Of a stretch of DNA of 64,000 bases, positions 9,317 to 19,760 are shown piece after piece (position 1 is the stretch's first letter; every line of letters begins with the position of its first letter). Position numbers and translations under genes: made by a program. The stretch comes from Acidobacteriota bacterium (lineage in GTDB: Bacteria > Acidobacteriota > Thermoanaerobaculia > Multivoradales > Multivoraceae), in NCBI GenBank assembly GCA_039026915.1, contig JBCCLJ010000008.1, positions 102 to 64,101 of the forward strand. The letters are read 5' to 3'. The notes beneath the pieces are model-generated. The model did no database searches. It worked only from the letters and a program-made list of their open reading frames with translations, and was not told the DNA's origin.

Positions 9317-10114
9317 TCAGCCCGGCCTGCGCTGAGCCAACAGCGCCTCGGTCGCCTGGGTCAGCACCGTGAGCTTGCCGCCGTAGGTGCGCTGCAGGTT
9401 CTCGGTGTTGAAGGTCGTTTCGATCGGTCCGTTGGCGACGAGTCGGGCGTTGAGAAGAACGACGTCGTCGAAGTACTCGGCGACCGTCTGGAGGTCGTGA
9501 TGCACCGCAACGACGGTGCGTCCGCTCTCGCGCAGGCCCTGCAGGAGAGAGAGGATGGCGCGCTCGGTCGTCGCGTCGACGCCGGCAAAAGGCTCGTCCA
9601 TGAAGTAGAGGCGAGCGTTCTGGGCGAGCGCGCGCGCCAGGAAGACCCGCTGCTGCTGACCGCCCGAGAGACGGCTGATCTGACGCTTGGCGAGATCGGC
9701 GATGCCGACCTTCTCGAGGCACTCCAGGGCGGTCTCGCGGTGAGCCCTGCTCGGCCGCCGGAACCAACCGAGCTGGCCGTAGACGCCCATGGTGACGACG
9801 TCGAGGGCGTTGGTCGGGAAGTCCCAGTCGACGCTCTCGCGCTGCGGCACGTAGCCGACCCAGCTGCGTCGCTTCTCGTAGGACTCACCGAAGACCTTCA
9901 CCCAGCCGGTGATCGGCTCGACGAGTCCGAGGATCGCTTTCAGCAGGGTGCTCTTGCCGGCACCGTTCGGCCCGACGACGGCGATCAGTTTGCCCTCGGG
10001 AAGCTCGAGGTCGACATCCCACAGCACCGGCTGGGTGCCGTAGGCGACGGTGAGGTCGTGGACTTCGACCGCGGGAGCGCTTGCGGAACGTTGCGTCTCC
10101 AAGGGGTCGCTCAC
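9317..10114 (-). CDS. troB: Metal ABC transporter ATP-binding subunit
   Basis: Walker [10 protein letters not shown], '[14 protein letters not shown]', [17 protein letters not shown]; GTG start overlaps upstream TGA (GTGA), so the ORF-track N-terminus is over-extended. Confidence 0.92.
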   Translation of the reverse strand: MSDPLETQRSASAPAVEVHDLTVAYGTQPVLWDVDLELPEGKLIAVVGPNGAGKSTLLKAILGLVEPITGWVKVFGESYEKRRSWVGYVPQRESVDWDFPTNALDVVTMGVYGQLGWFRRPSRAHRETALECLEKVGIADLAKRQISRLSGGQQQRVFLARALAQNARLYFMDEPFAGVDATTERAILSLLQGLRESGRTVVAVHHDLQTVAEYFDDVVLLNARLVANGPIETTFNTENLQRTYGGKLTVLTQATEALLAQRRPG

Positions 10115-11124
10115 GAGGAGCCTTCTTCGTTGCCTGGAAAGGGGCTGTCGAGGCGACCGCCGAGAGCGGTGACCAGCGTCGTGACGTTGTGCTCGACCAT
10201 GCCGGGGTAAGTCCCCTCCCGAGTTCCTGCCGCGCCCATAGCGTCGGAGAAGAGTTCGCCACCGATCGCCACCTCCCAGCCAGCCTCCCGACAGGAGGCC
10301 TGCAACGCTTCGATCGAGCGGCGCGGAACGCTGCTTTCGACGAACATCGCGGGGATCTGGCGCGAGGTGACGATGTCGACGACTCGATCGACGTCCTTGA
10401 GGCCAGCTTCTGCCAGTGTCGAGAGTCCCTGGAGTCCGACGACTTCGAGACCGTAGCGGCGACCAAAGTAGCCGAAGGCGTCGTGTGCCGTGACCAGCAC
10501 GCGTTGTTCTTCGGGGATCGTCGCGATGGACTCGTCGACCCATTGATCCATCGCTTGCAGCTGCTCGGCGAAGGCTGCTGCGTTGGCGCGAAAGCTCTCG
10601 GCGTGCTCGGGACGCAGCTCGCTGAGAGCGTCGGTGATCGGCAGCAGGATCTCAGCCCAGAGTCCGACGTCGAACCAGACGTGCGGATCGAACTGCCCCT
10701 CGTACGCGGGCGGCTGCATCAGCACGCTCTCGTCGATCACCTCGCCGACGGCAAGCACCGGGCGGCTGCTCGACAGCTTCCCGAGGATGTCGCCCATCTT
10801 TCCTTCCAGAAAGAGACCCTGATAGAGGATGAGATCGGCATCGGAGAGCTTGCGGACGTCGCTCTCGGTCGCCTTGTACAGATGCGGATCGATACCCGGG
10901 CCCATCAGCGCGACGACCTCGGCGTGCTCGCCGGCGATGCGCCGCGCCGCATCGGCGATCATGCCGGTCGTCGTGACGATTTGGAGCGCGCCGCCAGCGG
11001 AGGCAGGCTTCTCCGTGGGCGCACACGCGAACGCCGTCGAAAGGAGAGTCAGTGCAAGACCGACGGCCAAGGGTCGCAGGAGGAGGGTCGGAGTGAGGCG
11101 CGGCTCAAGAGATTTTTTGATCAC
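10111..11124 (-). CDS. troA: Metal ABC transporter substrate-binding lipoprotein (TroA/MntA)
   Basis: Lipobox-like FAC; metal ligand motifs [26 protein letters not shown]. Confidence 0.92.
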   Translation of the reverse strand: MIKKSLEPRLTPTLLLRPLAVGLALTLLSTAFACAPTEKPASAGGALQIVTTTGMIADAARRIAGEHAEVVALMGPGIDPHLYKATESDVRKLSDADLILYQGLFLEGKMGDILGKLSSSRPVLAVGEVIDESVLMQPPAYEGQFDPHVWFDVGLWAEILLPITDALSELRPEHAESFRANAAAFAEQLQAMDQWVDESIATIPEEQRVLVTAHDAFGYFGRRYGLEVVGLQGLSTLAEAGLKDVDRVVDIVTSRQIPAMFVESSVPRRSIEALQASCREAGWEVAIGGELFSDAMGAAGTREGTYPGMVEHNVTTLVTALGGRLDSPFPGNEEGSS

Positions 11125-11131
11125 TCAAAAA
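11114..11131. promoter_or_regulatory. Palindromic operator candidate for a DtxR/TroR-type repressor
   Basis: TTTTTGA-TCAC-TCAAAAA perfect 7-bp arms, AT-rich in a GC-rich genome, overlapping the -10 edge, predicted +1 and start codon of troA. Confidence 0.65.
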
Positions 11132-11159
11132 TTGTCGCGAATCGCGCCTCCCGAGTCAA
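11131..11159 (-). promoter_or_regulatory. sigma70-type promoter of the tro operon
   Basis: TTGACT (11159-11154) - 17 nt - GACAAT (11136-11131). Confidence 0.6.
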
Positions 11160-11285
11160 GCGTGAATGCTCATCGAGTGCCGGACGCCGACGCCGAGTCA
11201 GCTGCGGCGAGCTCGCCTGCCGATCAGGGGATGGGGCGGCGGACGACGGCCGGGCTGGGTACGCCGTCGCGAACCCGGTACACCG

Positions 11286-11825
11286 TCATGCTGACCCCGG
11301 ATCGAGTTGCCGCTGCGCAGCCTTTGAGGATTCCGTCGGCGGGATCGTCGGGCCGCAGCTGATCTTTCGGTCGTCGAGAAGCGGCGCAGCGACGCAGTAC
11401 TGCACCTTGTTGACGCCCAGCTGCTTGAAGAGAGGCTTCTCGTTCAGGGTGCATCCCAGCCGGAAGTCGAATGTCACGGTCGCCTGACGGAGTGGGGGCG
11501 GCTCCTTAGAGGCTGGAGCTCGTTCAAAACGCCAGTTGCGCACAGCGTCTGTCGCCGCCTCCGCCAGACCCATCGGCAGCCCCTTTGCGACGCGAACGTC
11601 GACGACCTTGCCTGCAGGATCGACATCGACCTCGAGCAAGACCTGACCTTGGATCCGGGCCTTCCGCGCGATCGTCGGGAAAGCCGGAGCCGTCATGCGC
11701 AGGGCCCGCACCCGTGTCTCGTCGGAGTCTGTCTGTGTCTTGTTCGCGTCCGTCTGTGCGGCTGCCGGCGATCCGAACGCCGCGGCGACGAGCCAAAGCA
11801 GAAGGCTAGCAGTGGCGGACCTCAT
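11286..11825 (-). CDS. TonB C-terminal domain protein with signal peptide
   Basis: 'PAFPTIARKARIQGQVLLEVDVDPAGKVVDVRVAKGLPMGLAEAATDAVRNWRF' is a typical TonB_C signature. Confidence 0.85.
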   Translation of the reverse strand: MRSATASLLLWLVAAAFGSPAAAQTDANKTQTDSDETRVRALRMTAPAFPTIARKARIQGQVLLEVDVDPAGKVVDVRVAKGLPMGLAEAATDAVRNWRFERAPASKEPPPLRQATVTFDFRLGCTLNEKPLFKQLGVNKVQYCVAAPLLDDRKISCGPTIPPTESSKAAQRQLDPGSA

Positions 11826-12020
11826 GAGTCAGGCTACCAGAGGCTGAGCGTCGAAGGCCGTGGCTTCTGTGACCTTTTGGAACCGGTCCGGTCAGGAACC
11901 TTGGACCCCATGCAAGCGACGCAGCGCGGTGAGTCCCCGCATCGCTCGGCTAGGGAGAGCGACGCCGCGGGAGCCGATCCGCGTTGGCTGGTTCAGCTAC
12001 TGTCGAAGGAAGGAGAGAGC

Positions 12021-12887
12021 ATGGTTTACGGAAGAAGAGCACCGCGCCGGCAGGTCCGTCGTCGCGGCGGAGCCGGACGAGGAGGTTGCGCTCGTCTGCT
12101 GATCGCTGCCGTCATCGCTGGCATCGCGCTCTTTTCTTACATGGGAAAGCGTCAATACAACCCGGTGACCGGCGAGACTCAGGCAGTCAGCATGACGCCC
12201 GACCAGGAGATCGCACTCGGCGTTCGAGCCGCGCCGGAGATGGCGGCGCAGCACGGCGGCCTGTACCAGGACGCGCGCATTCAAGAGCAGATCGACGCGA
12301 TCGGCGAGCGGCTCGTGCGCGGCACGGCGGCCGCACAGACTCCCTACCGATTCGAGTTCCACGTGCTCGCCGACGAGCGCACCGTGAACGCCTTCGCGCT
12401 GCCGGGGGGGCAGGTCTTCATCACCTATGCGCTGCTCAGCCGGCTCGAGACCGAGGGCCAGGTCGCCGCGGTGCTGGGCCACGAGATCGGCCACGTCGTC
12501 GGACGCCACAGCGCCGAGCGCGTCGCCAAGCAGGAGCTGATGCAGGGACTCACGGGCGCGGCCGTCATGGCGACCTACGATCCCGCGAGCGGTGGCGGTC
12601 AGATGTCGGCCGCCATGGCGGCGATGGTGGCCAACGTCGTGCAGATGAAGTTCGGGCGCGGCGACGAACTGCAGTCGGACCGCCTCGGCGTCGAGTTTGC
12701 GGCGCAGGTGGGCTACGACCCGAGGGCCGCCGTGCGTGTCATGGAGATCCTCGCCGAGGCCTCGGGTGCGGGTCGGCAGCCGGAGTTCTTCTCGACACAT
12801 CCGAATCCGGACAATCGCATTGAGCGCATTCTCCAGGCGGTGCAGGAGATCTACCCGAACGGCGTGCCGGCGAGCGCGGTGCCGTAG
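12021..12887 (+). CDS. M48-family zinc metallopeptidase
   Basis: VNAFALPGG, GHEIGH (HExxH), 'ELQSD', GYDP, STHP motifs; AGGAG RBS before ATG 12021. Confidence 0.9.
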   Translation: MVYGRRAPRRQVRRRGGAGRGGCARLLIAAVIAGIALFSYMGKRQYNPVTGETQAVSMTPDQEIALGVRAAPEMAAQHGGLYQDARIQEQIDAIGERLVRGTAAAQTPYRFEFHVLADERTVNAFALPGGQVFITYALLSRLETEGQVAAVLGHEIGHVVGRHSAERVAKQELMQGLTGAAVMATYDPASGGGQMSAAMAAMVANVVQMKFGRGDELQSDRLGVEFAAQVGYDPRAAVRVMEILAEASGAGRQPEFFSTHPNPDNRIERILQAVQEIYPNGVPASAVP

Positions 12888-13552
12888 TGCGAGCAGAAGG
12901 CGAACGAAGTGCAAGTGCGCTGGTGAAGCGAAGCGGAGTCTCTGCCCTTGCAGCACTAGGCTTCCTGCTCCCTTCGCACTCCTTTGCACAACTCCCCACG
13001 CACGAGTTGTATTCACGGCTGCCGAAGCAGCAGCTCGTGGATGCCGCTCGCGAGGTCGCCGCGACAGATCCTGTCGCGGCACTCGTCACTGTCGACTCCA
13101 AGGGGCGCCCGCGTGCACGCAGCGTGGAGGTTCACTGGGAGGAAATCGTTCTCACCGACCCGCCGTTGTTCGGCCACAACCCCCCCGAAGGAGCGCGGCG
13201 CGAGACCGACCGGATCATGCTGTGGATCGCCACGCGCCCCGGAACTCGAAAGTTGGAGCAGATTGCAGCGAATCCTCGGGTCGCTCTGTACTTTGAAGAC
13301 GACGCTTCCGGTTCCTACCTGTCGGTCATGGGATGGGCCGAGATCATTACCGAACCGCGCGTCGTGACAACACAGAGCTGGCACAGCGAGGAGCAGCTGG
13401 CCGAGTTCTATCCGAGCTTCCCTGACGACATGGTGCTCATTCGCGTCGACGTGAGCTGGCTCGAGGTCATAGCCCCAGGAATCGATGCGAGTACGGATCT
13501 GTGGCGGCCGCAGGCCGCGGTCCTCCAAGCCGAAACACCCGATCCCGAGTAG
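12887..13552 (+). CDS. Pyridoxamine 5'-phosphate oxidase-like FMN-binding split-barrel protein, possibly exported
   Basis: 'LVTVDSKGRPRARSV...WIATRPGTRKLEQIAANPRVALYF'; alternative GTG start at 12923 gives a signal-peptide-like N-terminus. Confidence 0.7.
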   Translation: MRAEGERSASALVKRSGVSALAALGFLLPSHSFAQLPTHELYSRLPKQQLVDAAREVAATDPVAALVTVDSKGRPRARSVEVHWEEIVLTDPPLFGHNPPEGARRETDRIMLWIATRPGTRKLEQIAANPRVALYFEDDASGSYLSVMGWAEIITEPRVVTTQSWHSEEQLAEFYPSFPDDMVLIRVDVSWLEVIAPGIDASTDLWRPQAAVLQAETPDPE

Positions 13553-13579
13553 AGAGGGCTCGCTCGGTTTCGGGAGCGA

Positions 13580-14419
13580 TCAGCTCGACAGGACGATGAG
13601 GCCCGTCGGCTGCTCGCTGCCGCCCTGCGGCTCGATGCTAACTGCCCAGCCCTGAATGCCCTCGACTTCCTTCAGCTCATCGACGAGCACCGTGGCCTGT
13701 CCTTCCTCCGCCGCGAAGACGCCAGCCGAGTAAGGGGCGCCGCCGCGCAGGAACCAGAGCTGGTAGGTCTGGTCGGTACCCACGTCCGGCAGGTTGCGGG
13801 CGAAGACGACGGCTCGACCCGTCTCCGGGTCGACGTAGCTGCGTGCGCTCAGTGCCTGACCTTCGCTCGTGGCGCCGAGCGAGACCGTGCGAACGCCCGA
13901 GGCGCCGACGATGCGGTTCGCAGCGCGAGCCCTCTCGACCTCTTGCTGTGAAATGACGAGCTCGCTCTCCGAGCGTGCCAGCGCGAGCTCGAGGCCTTCG
14001 ATCTGTCGCGCCGACTCGGCGCGCAGGTTGCGCAGCTGGCTCTGGGTCCAGAGTCCCCAGCCCAACGCGGCGACGAAGAGAGAGGCGACGAGAACGAGGG
14101 GCAGGCGACTGTCGTTCGCCGGTGCGATGTCCGTGGCTGTCTCTGCGGCGCTCTCTTTCCGCTTCGGCGTGAGCGACACCGTGCCCTGCGTTTCGACGTC
14201 GAGCGCCTCGAAGAAGTCGGCTCGCAGGCTGCCCGAGATGGCGATCGGCTCGGCGTCCTGCGCCAGCTGCTCGGAGACCGCGTTCCACTCGGCAAGCTCT
14301 CGCGCGCGCTGCTCGCCGCCTTCGGCAAGCAGCCGCTCGAACTCAGCGAGCTCGTCGGCGTCGAGCGCACCAGCGGCGTAGGCCGGCAACAGATCGGAGA
14401 AGGTTTGGTCGTCGCTCAT
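13580..14419 (-). CDS. Anti-sigma factor (RskA-like)
   Basis: N-terminal 'LLPAYAAGALD', one TM helix, C-terminal 'TYQLWF...SAGVF...AVSIEPQGGSEQPTG'; directly downstream of the ECF sigma. Confidence 0.88.
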   Translation of the reverse strand: MSDDQTFSDLLPAYAAGALDADELAEFERLLAEGGEQRARELAEWNAVSEQLAQDAEPIAISGSLRADFFEALDVETQGTVSLTPKRKESAAETATDIAPANDSRLPLVLVASLFVAALGWGLWTQSQLRNLRAESARQIEGLELALARSESELVISQQEVERARAANRIVGASGVRTVSLGATSEGQALSARSYVDPETGRAVVFARNLPDVGTDQTYQLWFLRGGAPYSAGVFAAEEGQATVLVDELKEVEGIQGWAVSIEPQGGSEQPTGLIVLSS

Positions 14420-14427
14420 CGGAAGGA

Positions 14428-14979
14428 CTACGAGGCCAGGGCGGCCTTCAGTTTAGTCATGCCCAGTTTGACTCTGGACTTGACCGTGCCCAGCGGCGCG
14501 TCGAGACGCGCCGCAAGTTGAGAGTGGGTGAGTCCACCGAAGTAGGCGAGCTCGATCGCTTCGCGCTGCTCCGCGGGCAGCGAATCGAGCGCGCGGCGCA
14601 CGCGCAAGCGATTCTCGCTGAGCTCGAGCTCTTTGGTCCCGACGGCTTCTTCTACGGTGGGAGTCTCGTACTTGCCGACGCGTTCCTCACGAGCTCCGCG
14701 CGCCTTCGACGACTTCAGATGATCGAGGGCTCGTGAGCGCGCCATGGTGACGAGCCAGGAGCGCAGGGTTCCGCGCTGCGGGTCGAAGTTGTCGATCTTG
14801 CGCCACGCTTGAAGAAAGGCGTCCTGCAGAACCTCCTCGGCGACGTCGCGCCGACGCAGGATGCGCTGCAGCACACCGAGCACGATCGGCGCGTGCTCGT
14901 CGAAGACCTGAGCGAACGCCTCGCGGTCGCCGTCCGCGGTGCGGCGGGCGAGTTCGACGTCTTGGGAAGGGGCGCGCAT
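14428..14979 (-). CDS. ECF RNA polymerase sigma factor (SigK-like)
   Basis: Region 2 'AEEVLQDAFLQAWR..FDPQRG...WLVTMARSRALD', region 4 'LPAEQREAIELAYFGGLTHSQLA...PLGTVKSR'; start uncertain. Confidence 0.9.
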   Translation of the reverse strand: MRAPSQDVELARRTADGDREAFAQVFDEHAPIVLGVLQRILRRRDVAEEVLQDAFLQAWRKIDNFDPQRGTLRSWLVTMARSRALDHLKSSKARGAREERVGKYETPTVEEAVGTKELELSENRLRVRRALDSLPAEQREAIELAYFGGLTHSQLAARLDAPLGTVKSRVKLGMTKLKAALAS

Positions 14980-15142
14980 GCAACGGGGGCGTGGTGGACG
15001 AGCGGAGGCTAGCACGCAGCGACACCGCATCCGGGCGTGGCGCTCGTGCCCACTCGCCCGGTTTACGACGCCGTCGAGTCACCGGATGACTCTGTCGTCG
15101 ATACGCCTTGATTACGCTTGCCGTCAACGGTCATGATGGCGT

Positions 15143-18100
15143 GTGGATTTCTTCTCTCCAGCCGTCCGTTCCTGGTTTGATGCCTCCTTCGCCGGCGCGA
15201 CGCGCGTGCAGACGATGGGTTGGCCGAAGCTGGCCGAAGGGCAGAACTGCCTGCTCGTCGCGCCGACCGGCAGCGGCAAGACGCTGGCGGCGTTCCTCTG
15301 GGGTCTCGACCGCTGCAGCCGGCTCCCGGAAGACGTCGAGCCGGGCGTTCGGGTGCTCTACGTGTCGCCGCTCAAGGCGCTGGTCTACGACATCGAGCGC
15401 AACCTCCGCTCGCCGCTCGTCGGCATCGGTCACGCCGCGACGCGCCTCGGCGAGCCCTACCGGACGAGTCGGGTCGACGTGCGCACCGGCGACACGTCGC
15501 AGCGCGATCGTCAACGTCAGCGACGTCGCCCCGGCGAGATTCTGGTAACGACGCCCGAGTCTCTCTATCTGCTCCTCGGCTCGCAGGCCGCCGAGACGCT
15601 GCGTTCCGTGCACACGGTCATCGTCGACGAGATCCACGCCTTCGCTCCGAGCAAGCGCGGCTGCCACCTCGCCGTGTCGCTCGAGCGTCTGAGCGAGATC
15701 TGCGAAGAGGAGCCGCAGCGCATCGGCCTGTCGGCGACGGTGCGGCCAGCGGAGACCGTCGCCGGTTTTCTCGGCGGCGATCGTCCGGTCGAGATCGTCG
15801 ACGCCAGCGAGCCGGCCCACGTCGAGCTCGAGATCGTCGTGCCCGTCGAGGACATGGACGACCCGCCTCCCGCCGCATCCGCCGCGACAGAGCGTCCAGG
15901 CGGTCCGATCCTGGCGCTGTCGCCCGAGGAGATGCAGCGCGAGGAAGGCTGGCGTGGGCCCGAAGTCTCCGGCATCTGGCCGTCGATCTACCCTCGGCTT
16001 CTCGACGCCCTGCTCTCGCACCAGTCGACGATCGTCTTCGCCAACAGTCGCAGCCTCTGCGAGCGCCTTGCCAATCGCTTGAACGAGCTGGCGCGCGAGC
16101 ACCTCGAGGTGGACGAGGAGGCTCCCGACCTCGTGCGGGCGCACCACGGCAGCGTCTCGCATGCCAAGCGCTCCGAGATCGAAGAGGCGCTCAAGGCAGG
16201 CACGCTGCGCGGCATCGTCGCCACGAGCTCGCTCGAGCTCGGTATCGACATGGGTGCCGTCGATCTCGTCGTCCTCGTCGAATCGCCCGGCTCTGTCGCG
16301 AGCGGTCTGCAGCGGGTCGGTCGCGCCGGCCACGGCGTCGGCGAGCTGAGTCGGGGCAAGCTCTTTCCGAAGTTCAAGGGCGATCTGCTCGAGTGCGCCG
16401 TCGTTTCGCAGCGCATGCTCGCTGGAGAGCTCGAACCGATCCGCATTCCCAAGAACCCGCTCGACGTGGCGGCGCAGCAGATCGTCGCTTACTGCTGCGA
16501 CGCTGCGCGAACGAGCGAAGAGATCGAGACGATGCTCCGGCGCAGCTATCCGTTCCGCGAGCTGTCGGGCGAGGTCTTCGTCGGTCTGCTGGAGATGCTC
16601 TCGGGGCACTACCCCTCGGACGATTTCGCCGATCTCAAGCCGCGCCTCTCTTGGGATCGCGGCAAGGATCTGCTGACCTCGCGCCGCGGCGCGGCCATGC
16701 TGACGCGCTTCAACGCCGGGACGATTCCGGATCGCGGTCTCTACGGCGTGCATCTGGGCGAGGACGGACCGCGCGTCGGTGAGCTCGACGAAGAGATGGT
16801 CTACGAGACGCGCATCGGCGACACCTTCTTCCTTGGCGCGAGTACCTGGCGCGCCGTCGAAATCACGCGCGATCGCGTCATCGTGCAGCCGGCTCCCGGC
16901 GAGCCCGGCCGCATGCCCTTCTGGCGCGGCGACGGCCCCGGCCGCCCGATCGAGCTTGGTCGTGCTCTCGGCGGCTTCGTACGCGAGCTGCGTTCGATGC
17001 CCGTGGACGATCGCGAAGGCTGGCTGCGCGACGAGACGCCGCTCGACGATCTGGCGATCGGCAACCTGCTGGGCTACCTCGACGAGCAGGCCGAGGCGAC
17101 CGAGACGGTGCCGAGCGACCGCGAGATCGTCGTCGAGCGCTTTCGCGATGAGATCGGCGACTGGCGTCTCTGCATCCTGACGCCGTTCGGTGCGCGGGTC
17201 CACGCGCCCTGGGCGATGGCTCTCGAAGCCGACTTCACGCGCAAGACCGGCTTCGACGTGGAGAGCATGTACACCGACGACGGCATCGTGCTGCGCTTCG
17301 CCGACGTCGAGGAGTTGCCGGAGGTGGACGAGCTCTTTCCCGATCCCGAAGAGGTCGAGGAGCTTATCGTCGAGCAGGTCGGCAACTCCTCTCTCTTCGC
17401 CAGCATCTTCCGGGAGAGTGCGGCCCGCTCACTCCTGCTGCCGCGCCGTCGGCCCGGCCAGCGAACGCCGCTCTGGCAGCAGCGCCTGCGCTCGAAGAAT
17501 CTGCTGGCGTCGGTGCGCAAGTTCCCGGCGTTTCCGATCGTGCTGGAGACCTACCGCGAGTGCCTTCAGGACCACTTTGATCTGCCTTCGTTGCGCCAGC
17601 TGCTCGAGGAGGTTCAGGGACGACGGATCCGCGTCACCTCGGTCGAGACATCGTCGGCGTCGCCCTTTGCGCGGTCGCTGGCGTTCTCCTACGTAGCGCA
17701 GTACCTCTACGAGCAGGACGCGCCACTTGCCGAGCGCAAGGCTCAGGCACTGACGCTCGACAAGGGTCTGCTGCGGGAGCTCCTTGGACACAGCGAGCTG
17801 CGCGAACTGCTCGACGCGTCGGCTCTCGATCAGGTGGAGATGGAGCTGCAGTGTCTCGCCGAGGACCGACAGGCGCGCGACGCCGACGACCTGCACGACG
17901 TTCTGCGGCGTTTGGGTGACCTATCGCTGCACGAACTCGAACAGCGGGCTCTCGAACCGCCCGCAGAGTGGCTCGAATCCCTGATGGGTGAGCGTCGCGT
18001 CTGCCTCGTTCGGGTCGGCTCGGAAGAACGCTACATCGCTGCGCAGGATGCCGGGCGCTATCGCGACGCACTCGGTGTTCAGGTGCCGCCGGGTCTGCCG

Positions 18101-19732
18101 CAGACGCTGCTCGGCCCGACCGAGCGACCGCTGGAGTCGCTGCTGCTGCGCTACGCGCGGAGTCGCGGGCCGTTTACGACCGAGGACATGGCCGAGCGCT
18201 TTCATCTGCTCCCGGCCCAGGTCGAGCCGCTGCTGCGTGGCTTCGAGGCCGAAGGCACGCTCTACCGCGGCGAGATCCGCCCCGGCGGTCAGAAGATCGA
18301 GTGGTGCGACACCGGCGTTCTGCGACGAATCAAGCGACGTACGCTCGCTCGTTTGCGGGGCGAGGTCGCCGCGGTCGAAGCACACGTTCTCGGGCGTTTC
18401 CTCCCCGAGTGGCAGGGCGTCACCGGTCTCTCGGCAGGCCCTCAGTCGGTTGCCGCTGCGGAGACCAAGCTGCGCGAGGTCGTCTCGCAGCTCGAAGGTC
18501 GTAGCTTTCCGTGGTCGGCTCTCTGCGACGACCTGCTGCCGCTGCGCGTCCCCGGCTTTCAGCTCGACATGCTCGACATGATGGCCGCTTCGGGCGAGCT
18601 CGTCTGGATCGGCCGTGGCTCTCTCGGTCCGCGCGACGGCAAGATCGCGCTGTGCCGTCGGGACCGGGCCGATCTCCTGCTGCCGGCCAGCGACGAAGTG
18701 GAGGCGGAGCGCACGCCCCTGCAGCAGGCGATTCTCGATCATCTCGACCAGCGCGGAGCGTGCTTCACCTCCGAGCTGCTGCAGCGTGCACGCCGAAGAC
18801 TCGAAGCCGAAGGGGCGCCGGAGGTGCAGAGCAGCGAAGTCGAGGAAGCGATCTGGGACCTCGTCTGGGCGGGCCTGGTGACGAACGACACCTTTCTGCC
18901 GCTCAAGGCGCTGCGCGCTCCGAAGCGCTCGAAGCGCTCCGCGCCGCGTCGCAGTCGGCGTCGCGGCATGGTGCCGCCTTCGTCCCCTCGCGGCGCAAGG
19001 CGAGCGCCTGCCGGTGCCGCGATCGGCGGTCGCTGGTCGCTTGTCTCCGAGCTGGTCTACGAGCCGCCGTCCGACACGGAACGGCGCTTCGCCGAGGTCA
19101 GCACGCTGCTCGAGCGCTACGGAGTGGTGAGTCGCGAGACCGCGCTGAGCGAGGAGATCCCCGGAGGCTTCGCCGCCCTCTACCCGGTGCTTCGCGAAAT
19201 GGAGGAGTCGGGCCGCGTGCGGCGGGGCTACTTCATCGAGGGTCTGTCCGGAAGGCAGTTCGCACTACCGGGCGCGGTCGAGCAGCTGCGCGCGCTGCGC
19301 AGCCAGGACGAGACGCTGCCCACCGGAGACGCCGAGGAACGCGGCGGCATCGAAGTGCTGCCGGCCGCCGATCCGAGCAACCCCTGGGGCTCGCTCCTGT
19401 CGTGGCCACAGCGCTCGCGCGAAGACGGACCGAAGGCGCGTCGGGTTCCGGGCGCCTGGGTCGTGCTCCAGGGCGGTCGGCCCCTCGTCTACCTGGAGCC
19501 GAGCGCTCGCGGCGTCGTCACGTTCCAGGCGCTGAGCTCGGCGCAGGCGAGTCGTGGAGAAGACGCCGAGGCGGCTCTCGGTGCGCTTCTCGAGGTCGCC
19601 CGTCGCCGCCGTCGTCGCTCCGTGAGAATCGAGCGCATCGACGGAGAGCCGGCCAACGAATCTCCCCTCAGAGAGCTGTTCGAGCGATCGGGCTTCGTCT
19701 CCGACTACCGGGGACTCAGCCGGGCTCTCTGA
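15143..19732 (+). CDS. lhr: Lhr-family ATP-dependent SF2 helicase, long form with C-terminal domain
   Basis: APTGSGKT, YVSPLKAL, TTPES, DEIH, GLSAT, AHHGS, ATSSLELGIDMG, QRVGRAGH, 'GTIPDRGLY', 'VGELDEEMVYE'; 1529 aa. Confidence 0.93.
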   Translation: MDFFSPAVRSWFDASFAGATRVQTMGWPKLAEGQNCLLVAPTGSGKTLAAFLWGLDRCSRLPEDVEPGVRVLYVSPLKALVYDIERNLRSPLVGIGHAATRLGEPYRTSRVDVRTGDTSQRDRQRQRRRPGEILVTTPESLYLLLGSQAAETLRSVHTVIVDEIHAFAPSKRGCHLAVSLERLSEICEEEPQRIGLSATVRPAETVAGFLGGDRPVEIVDASEPAHVELEIVVPVEDMDDPPPAASAATERPGGPILALSPEEMQREEGWRGPEVSGIWPSIYPRLLDALLSHQSTIVFANSRSLCERLANRLNELAREHLEVDEEAPDLVRAHHGSVSHAKRSEIEEALKAGTLRGIVATSSLELGIDMGAVDLVVLVESPGSVASGLQRVGRAGHGVGELSRGKLFPKFKGDLLECAVVSQRMLAGELEPIRIPKNPLDVAAQQIVAYCCDAARTSEEIETMLRRSYPFRELSGEVFVGLLEMLSGHYPSDDFADLKPRLSWDRGKDLLTSRRGAAMLTRFNAGTIPDRGLYGVHLGEDGPRVGELDEEMVYETRIGDTFFLGASTWRAVEITRDRVIVQPAPGEPGRMPFWRGDGPGRPIELGRALGGFVRELRSMPVDDREGWLRDETPLDDLAIGNLLGYLDEQAEATETVPSDREIVVERFRDEIGDWRLCILTPFGARVHAPWAMALEADFTRKTGFDVESMYTDDGIVLRFADVEELPEVDELFPDPEEVEELIVEQVGNSSLFASIFRESAARSLLLPRRRPGQRTPLWQQRLRSKNLLASVRKFPAFPIVLETYRECLQDHFDLPSLRQLLEEVQGRRIRVTSVETSSASPFARSLAFSYVAQYLYEQDAPLAERKAQALTLDKGLLRELLGHSELRELLDASALDQVEMELQCLAEDRQARDADDLHDVLRRLGDLSLHELEQRALEPPAEWLESLMGERRVCLVRVGSEERYIAAQDAGRYRDALGVQVPPGLPQTLLGPTERPLESLLLRYARSRGPFTTEDMAERFHLLPAQVEPLLRGFEAEGTLYRGEIRPGGQKIEWCDTGVLRRIKRRTLARLRGEVAAVEAHVLGRFLPEWQGVTGLSAGPQSVAAAETKLREVVSQLEGRSFPWSALCDDLLPLRVPGFQLDMLDMMAASGELVWIGRGSLGPRDGKIALCRRDRADLLLPASDEVEAERTPLQQAILDHLDQRGACFTSELLQRARRRLEAEGAPEVQSSEVEEAIWDLVWAGLVTNDTFLPLKALRAPKRSKRSAPRRSRRRGMVPPSSPRGARRAPAGAAIGGRWSLVSELVYEPPSDTERRFAEVSTLLERYGVVSRETALSEEIPGGFAALYPVLREMEESGRVRRGYFIEGLSGRQFALPGAVEQLRALRSQDETLPTGDAEERGGIEVLPAADPSNPWGSLLSWPQRSREDGPKARRVPGAWVVLQGGRPLVYLEPSARGVVTFQALSSAQASRGEDAEAALGALLEVARRRRRRSVRIERIDGEPANESPLRELFERSGFVSDYRGLSRAL

Positions 19733-19760
19733 CCCCTGTTCTCCCGGAGACTCACAGCCG

